From contig CAXXMV010000001.1 in NCBI GenBank assembly GCA_963662285.2, positions 992,001 to 1,056,000 on the forward strand: a stretch of 64,000 nt of DNA, read 5' to 3'. The notes under the pieces were generated by a model that was given only the letters and a program-made list of their open reading frames with translations, ran no database searches and was not told where the DNA came from. A program made the position numbers and the translations under genes. Positions 18,928-29,533 of this stretch are shown piece by piece (positions within the stretch are counted from its first letter, which is position 1; every line of letters starts with the position of its first letter). This DNA comes from a bacterium. Lineage in GTDB: Bacteria; Hinthialibacterota; Hinthialibacteria; Hinthialibacterales; Hinthialibacteraceae.

Positions 18928-20859
18928 ATGGATACAGAAAAAAGACTTATATTATGTTTCGCATTATCCATGCTGGTTGTCTTTGCTTTTAGCTGGCTTA
19001 ATGCGAAACCGCCGCGAGATCAACAAACTGGTGATTTATTATCCTCACCAAATCAAATCGAGTCGTCGGGACAGTCTCCGACCCAAAAAGCAACACCGCA
19101 ATCCGGCGCCCGGCAATCGAACACCCAAGATAGCAGCCCGAAAACCGAAATCGATCAAAAACCAATTGACGATTCCACCTCCCCATGGGCATGGCTGCCT
19201 TCTGAAGCGCCCGCTACGCCAACCGGGAACATTGTTGTTGAAAGTTCGCTCTATCGCATTGAATTCTCCACCCTCGGCGCAATTCCGGTTTCGTGGAATC
19301 TTATAAAATTCAATGAGTTATTTTCAAAGAAAAACGCGCTTAAACTCCAATCCACTAGAGGTTCAGAACAGCAACAGCAACTTGCCCGCCTGGAACTGGA
19401 ACTTATGGAAAAGCACGAAAACAATGGCGATTTTTTTGTAAATGCCATTAACTCTACTTTCCCTGCCGGAAGCGCGGGATTTCAAATCCGCTGGGGTAAA
19501 ACCCGTTCAGACGGAAATATCCCTTACACCTGCTCCAAATCTCATTTTGTGGTGGATAAAGAGACCGAAATTAGTTTTGTTTACCAATCTAACGGTATTA
19601 CTCTTGAAAAAGTCTTTCATTTTCATCCCGACAGTTATCACCTTGAGATGGAAATAAGAATCACCAACAACACGGGAAAAGAATTACCCTTCGATCAGAA
19701 CGGCTTCTATGATTTTGTGTGGAGCGGAGGTTTTGGTTATCCTTCACTTAGAACAGATGCCGCAAACAATGTTCTATCTCAACGCGCCGGTTCCACAACG
19801 ATCAAACCAATCGCCAGTTTCTTAAAAGAAATCAGCAATCCCACCATTCGCTCACTATCCGAATATAAATCTGCTCAGACGCAGTTGCTATATGAAGAGG
19901 ATAGTGTGGGTTGGGTTGGAGTCGGTCAAAAATATTTCCTTTCCGCCATTATCCCTCACATGCCATGTAATGATATATTGCAAGGCGTTTCTTCTTCCGG
20001 CGAAGCGGCGAGGGCTATTCTTCAGCCTTTAATGGGTGTACGCATGAAGTTGAAGCCTATAGCCAATGGAGATGTTTTTGAAGACAAGTTCACCCTGTAT
20101 GTCGGTCCGATCAATGATGAAGACCTGGGCAAGGCAAGCGCAACATTAGTCGACGCCCGGCAGATTTTCCTGCGCAGCGTCATCGGCCCTATCGCCGGTT
20201 TAATGCTACGACTTCTACAAGGCATGTATTGGCTTATTCCCAACTACGGTTTCGCCATCATTGCTCTAACCCTGCTGATGAAGATTCTGATGTTCCCCAT
20301 CTATCAGAAACAGATTCGCACAACCAAGAAGATGCAGGCCCTCCAACCACAGATCACTGCGCTCAAAGAGAAGCATAAAAACGATGCGCAGAAACTGCAA
20401 AAGGAGCAAATGGAGCTTTTCCGCAAACATAAAGTCAACCCCCTTTCAGGGTGCTTGACTATGTTAACAACCATCCCTGTTTTTATTGCACTCTATGCCA
20501 CCTTTGCCATGGCAGTCGAACTGCGCGGAGCGCCGTTCTTTGGTTGGATTCAGGATTTATCGGCGCCGGATGGAGCGTTTTACATAGCTCTTTCATCTTA
20601 CGTCATCCCCATCAACATCCTTCCTATCGCTTATGCAATTCTTATGCTTTGGAGTACCAGTCAGCAAGCGATGGCGGGACCAAACGCAACAGCAATGAAA
20701 ATCATGCCGTTGATTTTCGTATTCTTTTTCTGGTCGATTGCTTCAGGCGTAATCTTGTATTTCGTTATCAGTATATTCATTGACGTTACGCAACGATTAA
20801 TCATGGACAAAATAAAAGGAAATGAGCCGATCCCGGTCACGACCAAGACCGGGAAATAA
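18928..20859 (+). CDS. yidC: Membrane protein insertase YidC
   Basis: N-terminal TM, large periplasmic domain, LYVGP, NYGFAII, VNPLSGCL, WIQDLSAPD. Confidence 0.96.
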   Translation: MDTEKRLILCFALSMLVVFAFSWLNAKPPRDQQTGDLLSSPNQIESSGQSPTQKATPQSGARQSNTQDSSPKTEIDQKPIDDSTSPWAWLPSEAPATPTGNIVVESSLYRIEFSTLGAIPVSWNLIKFNELFSKKNALKLQSTRGSEQQQQLARLELELMEKHENNGDFFVNAINSTFPAGSAGFQIRWGKTRSDGNIPYTCSKSHFVVDKETEISFVYQSNGITLEKVFHFHPDSYHLEMEIRITNNTGKELPFDQNGFYDFVWSGGFGYPSLRTDAANNVLSQRAGSTTIKPIASFLKEISNPTIRSLSEYKSAQTQLLYEEDSVGWVGVGQKYFLSAIIPHMPCNDILQGVSSSGEAARAILQPLMGVRMKLKPIANGDVFEDKFTLYVGPINDEDLGKASATLVDARQIFLRSVIGPIAGLMLRLLQGMYWLIPNYGFAIIALTLLMKILMFPIYQKQIRTTKKMQALQPQITALKEKHKNDAQKLQKEQMELFRKHKVNPLSGCLTMLTTIPVFIALYATFAMAVELRGAPFFGWIQDLSAPDGAFYIALSSYVIPINILPIAYAILMLWSTSQQAMAGPNATAMKIMPLIFVFFFWSIASGVILYFVISIFIDVTQRLIMDKIKGNEPIPVTTKTGK

Positions 20860-20997
20860 CAAAACTTCGCCGGTATAAAAATAGAAAATGATAACATACA
20901 AACTCAGACCGGCTTATTTGATTTACTTTCAAAACTTGCTTATTTATCCTTAACGGCTCCTCAAGCAACTTTCCGAAAGTAAAATGGAGAACCATAA

Positions 20998-21948
20998 ATG
21001 AAAGAAATTATTGGAACAGGAAAAAATCTAGATCTCGCAACCACCGATGGTTTGAAAAAACTTAACGCATCCAGGGAAGAAGTCGAAGTTGAACCACTCG
21101 ACACAGGAAGAAGCGGTTTTCTTGGCATTGGACGCAAATACGCCAAAGTAAGAGTAACAGTACGACCGGATATTCGCATCCGCACGCAAGTTCTTTTACG
21201 CAATATCCTCAGTAACATGAACATAGAAACAGAAGTGAAGATTGAAGAAGACGGTGACAATCTTAATATTGTCCTTGGAGAAGAAGCATCAATATTGATT
21301 GGGCATAGAGGACAAACTCTTGATGCGCTGCAATATTTTATTGCGCGTTATCTCAATGAAGATAAAGATGAGTGGCGTAAAGTTGTACTTGATATCGACA
21401 ATTACCGCGACCGGCGCGAAGAGAACCTGCGCAGCATGGCCGAAAGGATGGCGGAACAGGTCATCCGTAATAAACGCGATATCCGCACTGAACCATTAAC
21501 CGCTCCTGAAAGACGCATTATTCACATGGCGCTCAAAGAAAACAGTACGATTACCACTTTCAGCATCGGAGATGGCGCCCGCAAGCGAGTAGTCATTACA
21601 TTATCTGACAGATCAGCCCGGCGCTCCTCACGAGATGGAGGACGAGGTGGGTACAGTGGACGCAGCGGCGCAGGTGGACGCAGCAGCGCAGGTGGACGCG
21701 GCGGCGCAGGTGGACGCGGCGGCGCAGGTGGACGCGGCGGCGCAGGTGGACGCGGCGGCGCAGGTGGACGCAGCGGATCAGGTGAACGCGGCGGCGCAGG
21801 TGAACGCAGCGGCGCAGGTGGACGCAGTGGATCAGGTGAACGCAGTGGATCAGGTGAACGCAGTAGTTCCGGTGGATACAGCAACCAACGCGGCGGACGC
21901 CGTAGAAGCAGCGGACAACGCCAACGTCAACCTGAAAATAAAGAATAA
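20998..21948 (+). CDS. khpB: RNA-binding protein KhpB/Jag/EloR with Gly/Arg-rich tail
   Basis: Jag_N (GFLGIG), KH (LIGHRGQTLDALQY) and R3H (ERRIIH) domains; follows yidC. Confidence 0.93.
   Translation: MKEIIGTGKNLDLATTDGLKKLNASREEVEVEPLDTGRSGFLGIGRKYAKVRVTVRPDIRIRTQVLLRNILSNMNIETEVKIEEDGDNLNIVLGEEASILIGHRGQTLDALQYFIARYLNEDKDEWRKVVLDIDNYRDRREENLRSMAERMAEQVIRNKRDIRTEPLTAPERRIIHMALKENSTITTFSIGDGARKRVVITLSDRSARRSSRDGGRGGYSGRSGAGGRSSAGGRGGAGGRGGAGGRGGAGGRGGAGGRSGSGERGGAGERSGAGGRSGSGERSGSGERSSSGGYSNQRGGRRRSSGQRQRQPENKE
21658..21873 (+). repeat. 18-bp tandem repeat, 12 units, inside khpB
   Basis: Unit GGACGCGGCGGCGCAGGT (four exact copies plus variants) encoding GRGGAG/GRSGSG/ERSGSG. Confidence 0.95.
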
Positions 21949-21978
21949 TTTCCAATCTATAAACTAATTCAAACAATT

Positions 21979-22016
21979 AAGCGGCCTGCAAGTAATTACG
22001 CAGGCCGCTTTTTTTT
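21979..22016 (+). terminator. Intrinsic terminator of the rpmH-khpB operon
   Basis: AAGCGGCCTGC/GCAGGCCGCTT stem plus T run. Confidence 0.85.
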
Positions 22017-22115
22017 ACACAATTATAGATATTTAATCCTAAAAACCGAATTCTGATTAAGATTAGGGCCTTGATTGTATATACCCAAGTTATATAAATA
22101 ATTTTTACAACCGCT

Positions 22116-23387
22116 CTAATCTGATATTTCCTCATAAGAAATGGGAAATTGGATGGTGAAAGTAGTACCATGTTTTGGAATACTGTGTGCAGAAACCAAG
22201 CCGCCCATAGCCTCGATTATCGATCGACTGATAAATAAACCCAATCCAGTCGATTCTGTATCAGGGCGCGTTGAATAAAACGGTTCAAAAATTCTGGATA
22301 ATATATCATAAGGAATTCCCGGGCCATTATCAGATACGGCAATTTCTAGAATACGTTCTCCCTCGCCCTCAATTGATTCTCCCCGGACATGGATCACGCC
22401 TTCTCCTTCAAGAGCCTGATAGGCATTGATGAAAATATTCGAGAACACCTGCACTAACTGACGCCGTTGAGCAAATACAAATGGCAGATCATCCGGCAAC
22501 AGGAATTCGACCTGTATTCCGCCTTGGGCGTATTTTACTAACCGCAATGAGCGGTCTAATATTTCTTTAACATCTACGAATTCAGCATTTTCATTATCCC
22601 GCCGTAAAAAACTTTCCAACTGCAATTCCCGAAGCATTCCCAGGAAAAGATCCGTCTCCTGCTCAATCACTTGTTTGGATTCAGTTTCATCAAGCGAATC
22701 TATTTCGGCGCGTATATTTAATATGGGTTTTTTAAGATCATGAAGCAGATTGGCCGTCACTTGACCTACCAAAGCCAAACGTTCCAAATGAATCAACTCA
22801 CGCTGCTTTTCTTCCAGAAGCGATGTTGTTTTGCGAACTTCTTCATCCTTGGATTTAATTGTATAAAACCCCAAGCCGCTGATAAAAAATAAAGATAATA
22901 TACTTCCGAGAATGGCGACCACAAATAAGAGACTGCGCCTGGCATTGATTTTTATATAAAGCGTACCCAGAACCGATTCATCTTCTCCAATAATAACCTT
23001 AGACCGAAAGGATGGATCGCTTCCGGGATGAGAACTCTTCTGCTCTATAGAAAAAAAGAAGGGATAAACCACCACATCTCCACTAGGCGTCATCTTTCTT
23101 ACAATAACTTCATCAATGTATGGATATTCCTTCTTTAATTTCTCTGCACGATTTTCTATTGCTCCCAAATGAAGGTCGACTACATCATCACCTTCCAATA
23201 ACGGAAGAAAATCACGCGCAAGAATATCCGGGAGACTTTGCACCGTCTCCTGGTGAGTTTGCGCCGCCCACAACAACGCAACCAGCACGCCAACAAGAAT
23301 TAAACCCGATAGGAACAAGAAAATACGATTCACGATGCGATAACGCCATCCAATGATAGAAAAGAGATTTAATATAAATGAAAACAA
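22116..23387 (-). CDS. Membrane sensor histidine kinase with no adjacent response regulator; start uncertain
   Basis: Two TM helices, H-box LLHDLKKP, N-box NIFINA, DNGPG and GLGL. Confidence 0.9.
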   Translation of the reverse strand: MFSFILNLFSIIGWRYRIVNRIFLFLSGLILVGVLVALLWAAQTHQETVQSLPDILARDFLPLLEGDDVVDLHLGAIENRAEKLKKEYPYIDEVIVRKMTPSGDVVVYPFFFSIEQKSSHPGSDPSFRSKVIIGEDESVLGTLYIKINARRSLLFVVAILGSILSLFFISGLGFYTIKSKDEEVRKTTSLLEEKQRELIHLERLALVGQVTANLLHDLKKPILNIRAEIDSLDETESKQVIEQETDLFLGMLRELQLESFLRRDNENAEFVDVKEILDRSLRLVKYAQGGIQVEFLLPDDLPFVFAQRRQLVQVFSNIFINAYQALEGEGVIHVRGESIEGEGERILEIAVSDNGPGIPYDILSRIFEPFYSTRPDTESTGLGLFISRSIIEAMGGLVSAHSIPKHGTTFTIQFPISYEEISD

Positions 23388-23506
23388 TGCATTATACTCG
23401 ATTCACCATATTGAAGCAGAGAACAACATTCTGATATCAACAATTTGTTTGGATTGATAAGCTTGGTTTCTCCTTTTTTCCGAACTTTATGATATAATTA
23501 TTTATT

Positions 23507-24220
23507 ATGGATACTCTTTCTATTGGACTATCGGGTTTAACTACATCTCGTTTGCGTGGCCTGACCGCCGCAAATAATCTAGCTAATTTGAACACAACCG
23601 GTTATCGGGAACAACGCGCCAATAGCGCCTCTTTATCGAACGGCGCAGGCGCAGTGATAAACAGTATTTCAAAAACCTCAACCAATGGGCCTCTAATTCC
23701 CACAGATAATCCCCTCGATCTTTCTATTATTGGCGATGGTTACTTTCAATTGACTGACGCGCAAGGCAATAACTCTTACACCCGTGATGGCTCATTCTCT
23801 CTAAATTCCGATGGACAATTAGTCAACAGCCGGGGATTGGCCATAAATCCGGGCATTGCCATACCACCAGACGCTCAAAACATTTCTATCGCCTCAGATG
23901 GAACAGTAAGCGCTCAGGTTAATGGCGAAACCATCCAACTGGGCGGCATTCAAATCGCCAGTTTCAGCAATCCTCAAGGACTTTCAAGAGATGGGGGCAA
24001 TTCACTATCTCAAACAGGGGCTTCGGGTATTGCCCAAACAGGAATACCGGGAACCGAAGGCCGTGGATATATTCAAACTGGATTTATTGAAGGTTCAAAC
24101 GTGGATATAGCGCGTCAAGCCATAGCTTTGCGCGAAGAAGAGAATGCATTTAAAGCCAACGCAACCATTATCCGTACAGCCGACGAGATGAAAAAAGAAG
24201 TCATTGATCTGATCGGGTAA
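23507..24220 (+). CDS. Flagellar basal-body rod/hook family protein (FlgG/FlgF-like)
   Basis: ANNLANLNTTGY, NPLDLSIIGDGYF, YTRDGSF and EGSNVD motifs. Confidence 0.88.
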   Translation: MDTLSIGLSGLTTSRLRGLTAANNLANLNTTGYREQRANSASLSNGAGAVINSISKTSTNGPLIPTDNPLDLSIIGDGYFQLTDAQGNNSYTRDGSFSLNSDGQLVNSRGLAINPGIAIPPDAQNISIASDGTVSAQVNGETIQLGGIQIASFSNPQGLSRDGGNSLSQTGASGIAQTGIPGTEGRGYIQTGFIEGSNVDIARQAIALREEENAFKANATIIRTADEMKKEVIDLIG

Positions 24221-24236
24221 AATATACGCTAAGGCC

Positions 24237-26477
24237 TTACTTCCCGTTTTTCTTTTTAGAGAATGTATTAGATTGCTGCATACGCAGCCGCCTAACCGTC
24301 TTAACTCCATTAATGCCATATAGTTGCTGTGAAATTGTATTAAGATGATTAGTATTAACTATCTCAAGAATAAAGGTGAAAGTCGCGCTGCCGCTGACTG
24401 ACTCACTTACGCAATTAAGGATATTTGTTCCGGTCGAAGATATCATCTGAGACAGGTCGCTTAACAGATTGCGTCGATCATTCGCCCGTATCTCAATGCG
24501 CACCGATACAGGATGCGTCTGGTCTCCTGACCAGAATAGCGGTAAGAGCCTTTCAGGATGCCCATTATATTGTCTGATGCTCCGGCAGGTTGTTTTATGG
24601 ATTGTAACGCCGCGCCCGCGAGTAACGAAACCAACAATATTATCTCCCGGTAATGGACTGCAACACCGGGCTATTCGATACATAATATCGTCAATTTCGG
24701 CCAATTTCACAATAGAGCGGGAAGTATTCTCTTCTTCAAAAATATTTTGCGATTTTTGCTCGATTAACTTTTGAGGTTGGTCTACTTTATTCTTTTGCTG
24801 CAAACGGGCAATGACCTGCTTGGTTGAAATGCGTCCAAAACCGATATTAACGAAAATGTCTTCGACTTTTTTCAAATCCAACGATTGAGCAATCTCTTCA
24901 GCATCCGCAGAATTATAAAACTCACGGGGATTATAGCCCGCCCGTTGAATTTCTTTGGATAGAGTGGATCGACCTCTTCTTAGCAGTTCATCCCGCCTGT
25001 CTTCCAAAAGAAATCGGCGTATTTTATTTCGTGCAGAGGAGGTTTTGATAAATTCCAGCCAGGCGGAAGATGGCCGGTTATTTTTCGAGGCCATAATCGA
25101 TACAACATCACCGGTTTGAAGACAATAATTAAGCGGCACTAATCTGCCGTTGACTTTCGCGCCACCACACTGATGCCCCAGTTCAGTATGGATTTTATAA
25201 GCGAAATCCACTGGCGTGGAATCCTTCGGCATTCTGATCAGTTCACCCTTGGGCGAATAGACATACACTTCATCCGAAAAAAGTTCGTTGCGAATGGTTT
25301 GCAAAAAATCTTCCGGATCACGGGTATCCGGCAGTTCCTGGTTAAATAATTTAACCCACTTGGAATCTCCGCCAACACGTTTTTTAGTATGTTCTTTATA
25401 ACGCCAATGGGCGGCAATTCCATGTTCGGCGATTTGATGCATCTTTTGAGTGCGTATTTGTATTTCCATCATACGCCCGGTTTTGCTTAATACTGTCGTA
25501 TGAATCGAGCGATAGTTATTAAGTTTAGGAGTGGAGATATAATCCTTGAAACGACCGTCAACCTGCCGCCACATGGTATGCACTTCTCCCAAAACGGCGT
25601 AACAATCACCAATATTTTCGCAAATTACCCTGAGCGCTATAAGATCATATATTTCTTTGAATGATTTATTATAACGCCGCATCTTCATGTAAATACTGTA
25701 AAAATGCTTGGCGCGGCCTTCAACCGTGACATGAATCCCACGTTTGTGAAGTATCTTTTCTAAATCCGCACGCGCCTCTTTTATAATAGTTTCGCGTTCC
25801 AGCCGTTTCAAAGAGACTTTATTTTTAATCCCTTTGTACGCTTTGGGATTCAAGAACATCAGGCAAAGGTCTTCCAACTCCCATTTAATTTGCCCAAGTC
25901 CAAGACGGTGCGCTAGGGGAGAATAAACATTAAGCGTGTTTTGAGAAATGCGAATTTGTTTGTGATGCGGAAGAAAATGCAGCGTTCGCATATTATGCAA
26001 TCGATCAGCCAATTTTATTACAATCACATGCAAATCTTTGGCGGTGGCAACCAACATCCTGCGCAGGTTTTCGATCTCTTCTTCACTGTGATAAGCCGAA
26101 CTGATTTCACTTACTTTAGTCACGCCCTGAACTAGATTTGCGGTATCTTCTCCAAACATGCTTTTTAAGTCATCGTAAGTGTAATCAGTATCCTCCAGGA
26201 TATCGTGGAGTAAACCAGCCATTATTGTGCTGGCGTCCAGTTGATATCCCGCGAGAATCTCCGCAACAGCAAGTGGATGAGAGATATAAGGATCGCCATT
26301 GGCTCTTGTCTGTTCTTTATGCGCCTCATAAGCAAAAAAATACGCCTTGCGGATGCCAATAATATCTTCATCACCCAGATAATTCCGCAGGATCAACTCC
26401 AGAATAGGAAAATCATCTTCCATATCTGATAAAGTAACCGGCGTATTTTCTATTTGAATTTCACTTAAGCCCATCAT
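24237..26477 (-). CDS. rel: Bifunctional (p)ppGpp synthetase/hydrolase (long RSH)
   Basis: Intact HD motif LHDILEDT, KLADRLHN, synthetase, TGS, zinc-finger and ACT domains. Confidence 0.95.
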   Translation of the reverse strand: MMGLSEIQIENTPVTLSDMEDDFPILELILRNYLGDEDIIGIRKAYFFAYEAHKEQTRANGDPYISHPLAVAEILAGYQLDASTIMAGLLHDILEDTDYTYDDLKSMFGEDTANLVQGVTKVSEISSAYHSEEEIENLRRMLVATAKDLHVIVIKLADRLHNMRTLHFLPHHKQIRISQNTLNVYSPLAHRLGLGQIKWELEDLCLMFLNPKAYKGIKNKVSLKRLERETIIKEARADLEKILHKRGIHVTVEGRAKHFYSIYMKMRRYNKSFKEIYDLIALRVICENIGDCYAVLGEVHTMWRQVDGRFKDYISTPKLNNYRSIHTTVLSKTGRMMEIQIRTQKMHQIAEHGIAAHWRYKEHTKKRVGGDSKWVKLFNQELPDTRDPEDFLQTIRNELFSDEVYVYSPKGELIRMPKDSTPVDFAYKIHTELGHQCGGAKVNGRLVPLNYCLQTGDVVSIMASKNNRPSSAWLEFIKTSSARNKIRRFLLEDRRDELLRRGRSTLSKEIQRAGYNPREFYNSADAEEIAQSLDLKKVEDIFVNIGFGRISTKQVIARLQQKNKVDQPQKLIEQKSQNIFEEENTSRSIVKLAEIDDIMYRIARCCSPLPGDNIVGFVTRGRGVTIHKTTCRSIRQYNGHPERLLPLFWSGDQTHPVSVRIEIRANDRRNLLSDLSQMISSTGTNILNCVSESVSGSATFTFILEIVNTNHLNTISQQLYGINGVKTVRRLRMQQSNTFSKKKNGK

Positions 26478-26741
26478 TTAATCCTTATATATTTTAGAGT
26501 GATTTTCATAATAACGCCCATATTCGCGAGATAATAAACAAACATATTTATGAGAACCTCTCTACCAATCTTATAACTTAATTTTCGCTTCAACATTCAG
26601 TTTTTACAATGGAGAAGATAACGAACTTTACCAAAAGAAGCATTTACTTCTATCCGTGCTTTTGATACTATATCCAGATTCTTGCCTATCTTCATATAAT
26701 TATTGATGTTGCATACGCTAGCGCATCACCGATCCAACTCG

Positions 26742-26751
26742 CCCCCCCCCC
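26742..26751. repeat. C10 homopolymer tract
   Basis: Ten consecutive C in an AT-rich intergenic region, about 135 bp upstream of the sugar transferase. Confidence 0.85.
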
Positions 26752-26885
26752 ATAACTTTAGCCAATCATAGCGATGCTTACGATTTATGATATAGAGAAA
26801 GCAGGCCTCGGCTTGCTATGTATTAGGTATTTATACATAACTAGTATAATCCTCTTCTGAGCTTACACAGAAAGAGATTTTTCAC

Positions 26886-27584
26886 ATGGATAAATCAATC
26901 ATCCACCTAGATAAAAAAACAGGATTTCGCTTCATATTCCGATCCTGGTGGGTACAAAGCAGTTGGTTGTTTACTCAAATAAGTGCGTTTACAGTAAAAC
27001 GAACTCTCGATATTATTATATCCGTATTGCTTCTCGTTGTTCTCCTGCCGCTTCTAATAATGGTCACGCTGCTGATCAAGATTACTGACGGAGGTTCTAT
27101 ATTATTCTGGCAGATTCGAGTTGGAAAAGACGGGGAAAAGTTCCTATTCCCCAAGTTCCGTTCCATGCGGATTAATGCGGAAGAACTGCAAAATGAACTA
27201 TTCAATCTAAACGTCCATAAAAACAACTTGACCTTCAAGATAAAAAACGACCCACGGGTTACGTGGGTCGGATATTATCTCCGTAAATGGAGCATCGATG
27301 AACTACCTCAACTATGGTGCGTCATAAAAGGCGACATGAGTTTAGTTGGTCCACGACCGCCTATTCCAGCAGAAGCCGCGAAATATAACCATACCGAAAG
27401 ACGCCGGTTGGATGTTCTACCTGGTTTGACCTGTATATGGCAGGTCAGTGGACGCAGTGATCTGCCATTCGCCAAACAGGTTGAGTTGGATATGAAGTAC
27501 ATAGAAGAACAAAACCTCTGGCTCGATATTATCCTACTGCTCAAAACCATCCCCGCCGTGTTCAGCGGCAAAGGCGCTTATTAG
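26886..27584 (+). CDS. Polyprenyl-phosphate phosphoglycosyl transferase (bacterial sugar transferase)
   Basis: KRTLDI, KFRSM, DPRVT, SIDELPQL, GDMSLVGPRP and PGLT motifs. Confidence 0.92.
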   Translation: MDKSIIHLDKKTGFRFIFRSWWVQSSWLFTQISAFTVKRTLDIIISVLLLVVLLPLLIMVTLLIKITDGGSILFWQIRVGKDGEKFLFPKFRSMRINAEELQNELFNLNVHKNNLTFKIKNDPRVTWVGYYLRKWSIDELPQLWCVIKGDMSLVGPRPPIPAEAAKYNHTERRRLDVLPGLTCIWQVSGRSDLPFAKQVELDMKYIEEQNLWLDIILLLKTIPAVFSGKGAY

Positions 27585-27613
27585 ACTATCCCCTAAATTT
27601 ATAGTTTTAAGTG

Positions 27614-28255
27614 TCAGAAGGATGAATTCCTGGTTGACCAGCGGTAAATATCCCCTCTACTCACCGTACCATTACTGGGATTATAAATGGTAACAGACAG
27701 AAATCCCGATAATGCTGAATCGCATACCGGGCAATCTGAACCTCCAGAGTGTTTAATGTCCGGTGGATAGTAATAAATCTGCGCTAATCGACTATCCGGT
27801 CCGGAACTGGCAATCATGGCGTATTTATCACCCAGATTTATGGCTCCCCGCTGACCGGAACGATCAGCCCGACCATAACAATAAGCGTTTGATCCTATAA
27901 ATTCGGTCATATCAACTAATCCGGCGCCATTATCATATGAATGAGCAAAAGGATCAGATGGGACGGCGGATAAATAGGCCAACGGCGAAGTCAGAGGATT
28001 CAGCCGTGCGACCAAATTGAATGCATCAGTATTGTCCGGGATAGATTCCGGCAGGGAATTATGATCGATGCGGTAGGCCTCAAGAGCCACAAAGATTACC
28101 CGTGATTCTTCTTCAATACGAGCAACTTTAGCGCGTATCATGGCCGATAAGAAATTTGGAACCGCAATAGCCGCCAAGATTCCGATTATGGCGACCACTA
28201 TGAGTAATTCTATTAAGGTAAAACCAGTTTGCTTAAATCTTAACATTATGGTCAA
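27614..28255 (-). CDS. Type IV prepilin/pseudopilin-like protein with CPVC motif
   Basis: G|FTLIELLIVVAIIGILAAIAVPNF class III signal peptide; LTSP.AYL..P.DPF, SSGPD and YNPSNGTVSRGDI segments. Confidence 0.88.
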   Translation of the reverse strand: MTIMLRFKQTGFTLIELLIVVAIIGILAAIAVPNFLSAMIRAKVARIEEESRVIFVALEAYRIDHNSLPESIPDNTDAFNLVARLNPLTSPLAYLSAVPSDPFAHSYDNGAGLVDMTEFIGSNAYCYGRADRSGQRGAINLGDKYAMIASSGPDSRLAQIYYYPPDIKHSGGSDCPVCDSALSGFLSVTIYNPSNGTVSRGDIYRWSTRNSSF

Positions 28256-28267
28256 CTCATTTCCTGG

Positions 28268-29533
28268 TTAAAACATAGACCAATCGTTTACGCTGCTGGC
28301 GATACTAAGGGGAAGAACGGAAAGAAAATATGGCGCCGCTTCACAATCAATATAGGAGGCGCTGAATGTTTCCACATCAACCACCATAATCTGGTCAGAC
28401 TGGGTTAATCCCAAATAGGCTTTTTTACTATCCGGCGAGAAATCCTGGGCAAAAAAACCAATTTGACTTGGATAGGATAATTCAAATTGCTGAGCAACAG
28501 TCATATAATCCACTGAATCAGGATCACAATTGATTAGGTGAACTACTTGGATATCCTGATCAAAGGGTTTATTAAAATCACCCGCCGCAATCCATTTCCC
28601 GTCTGGACTGTAGGCATACCCTTTGCAGCTAACGCTATTAACCTTTGTCATCTTCTCCGTCTGCAAATCTATGGAAAAGAAATAACTGCCCGGTTCGGCA
28701 TCCCAATGGCAGTTGCCAACAATATGTTGACCATCAGGCGATATTCTCAACGAAGGAGTCATGTGACCTTCGGTAGTGAGAATAGTCTTTAGATGAACGT
28801 CTTTTTCGGCGCCCTGAGTTCCAAAAACCTCAATGCCTCCAGCGCAGGAGATATAGACTTTCTTTGTTACCGTCGAGTAAACCACTGAGTGGGGCAAGGG
28901 AAGAATATTTGAATCGGTGAGGCGTTTTTCTTTAGTAATCCCATCGATGATATCGACTCCACCGGGGTTGTCGCTCCCCATAAAGCGGGTCGCAAATATG
29001 TCATATCCAGATTCATTAACAGGAAAACCAATAGTCGCATGATGATGTCCAGCATCAATAGTTTCTATTGCGAAGGTACTGGGATCAATCAGGCTAATAG
29101 CGTCATCACCATCGTTAGTTGAGCATATTTTATTATCAGGAGTTACATAAATATGATAAGGCTTGTTGCCAGATAAAATCGATTTCAAATGAATGATAGA
29201 ACCGGGAAAACCGCTATAGTCAAAGGCTTCAATAGTTCCGCCATCTTCGGAATCTCCATTCGGGCAAGTAACAAAAAACCTTTTGAGTGATGGTATAACG
29301 CGAATAAAACGAGGAGTATTTTCGAAAAACGAACCTGGAGGGGTATAAGAGAAAACCATTGCACCGCCAGAATCATAAACCGCAATCATCTTATTCACAT
29401 CATTTTTATGACTTACCGCGATAAGATGATCAGCTGCATAAGTTAAATTCCCCAAAATAAGACTTGAAACAAAGCATGAAATGATCAAACTAAATTTATT
29501 ATAAATAATTGAATGCTTTATATTGCTAATCAT
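28268..29533 (-). CDS. Secreted YncE/AztD-like beta-propeller
   Basis: Signal peptide, repeated xSPDGx blade motifs, His motifs (KPYHI, AGHHHA, LPHS), tail SSVNDWSMF. Confidence 0.7.
   Translation of the reverse strand: MISNIKHSIIYNKFSLIISCFVSSLILGNLTYAADHLIAVSHKNDVNKMIAVYDSGGAMVFSYTPPGSFFENTPRFIRVIPSLKRFFVTCPNGDSEDGGTIEAFDYSGFPGSIIHLKSILSGNKPYHIYVTPDNKICSTNDGDDAISLIDPSTFAIETIDAGHHHATIGFPVNESGYDIFATRFMGSDNPGGVDIIDGITKEKRLTDSNILPLPHSVVYSTVTKKVYISCAGGIEVFGTQGAEKDVHLKTILTTEGHMTPSLRISPDGQHIVGNCHWDAEPGSYFFSIDLQTEKMTKVNSVSCKGYAYSPDGKWIAAGDFNKPFDQDIQVVHLINCDPDSVDYMTVAQQFELSYPSQIGFFAQDFSPDSKKAYLGLTQSDQIMVVDVETFSASYIDCEAAPYFLSVLPLSIASSVNDWSMF

Noticed and set aside
21522-21976. Alternative-frame repeat ORFs (VDAAAQ, PPAPPR, RRVHL) or a CRISPR array
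   Set aside because: They are shadows of the 18-bp repeat in khpB; units are contiguous with no spacers and there are no cas genes.
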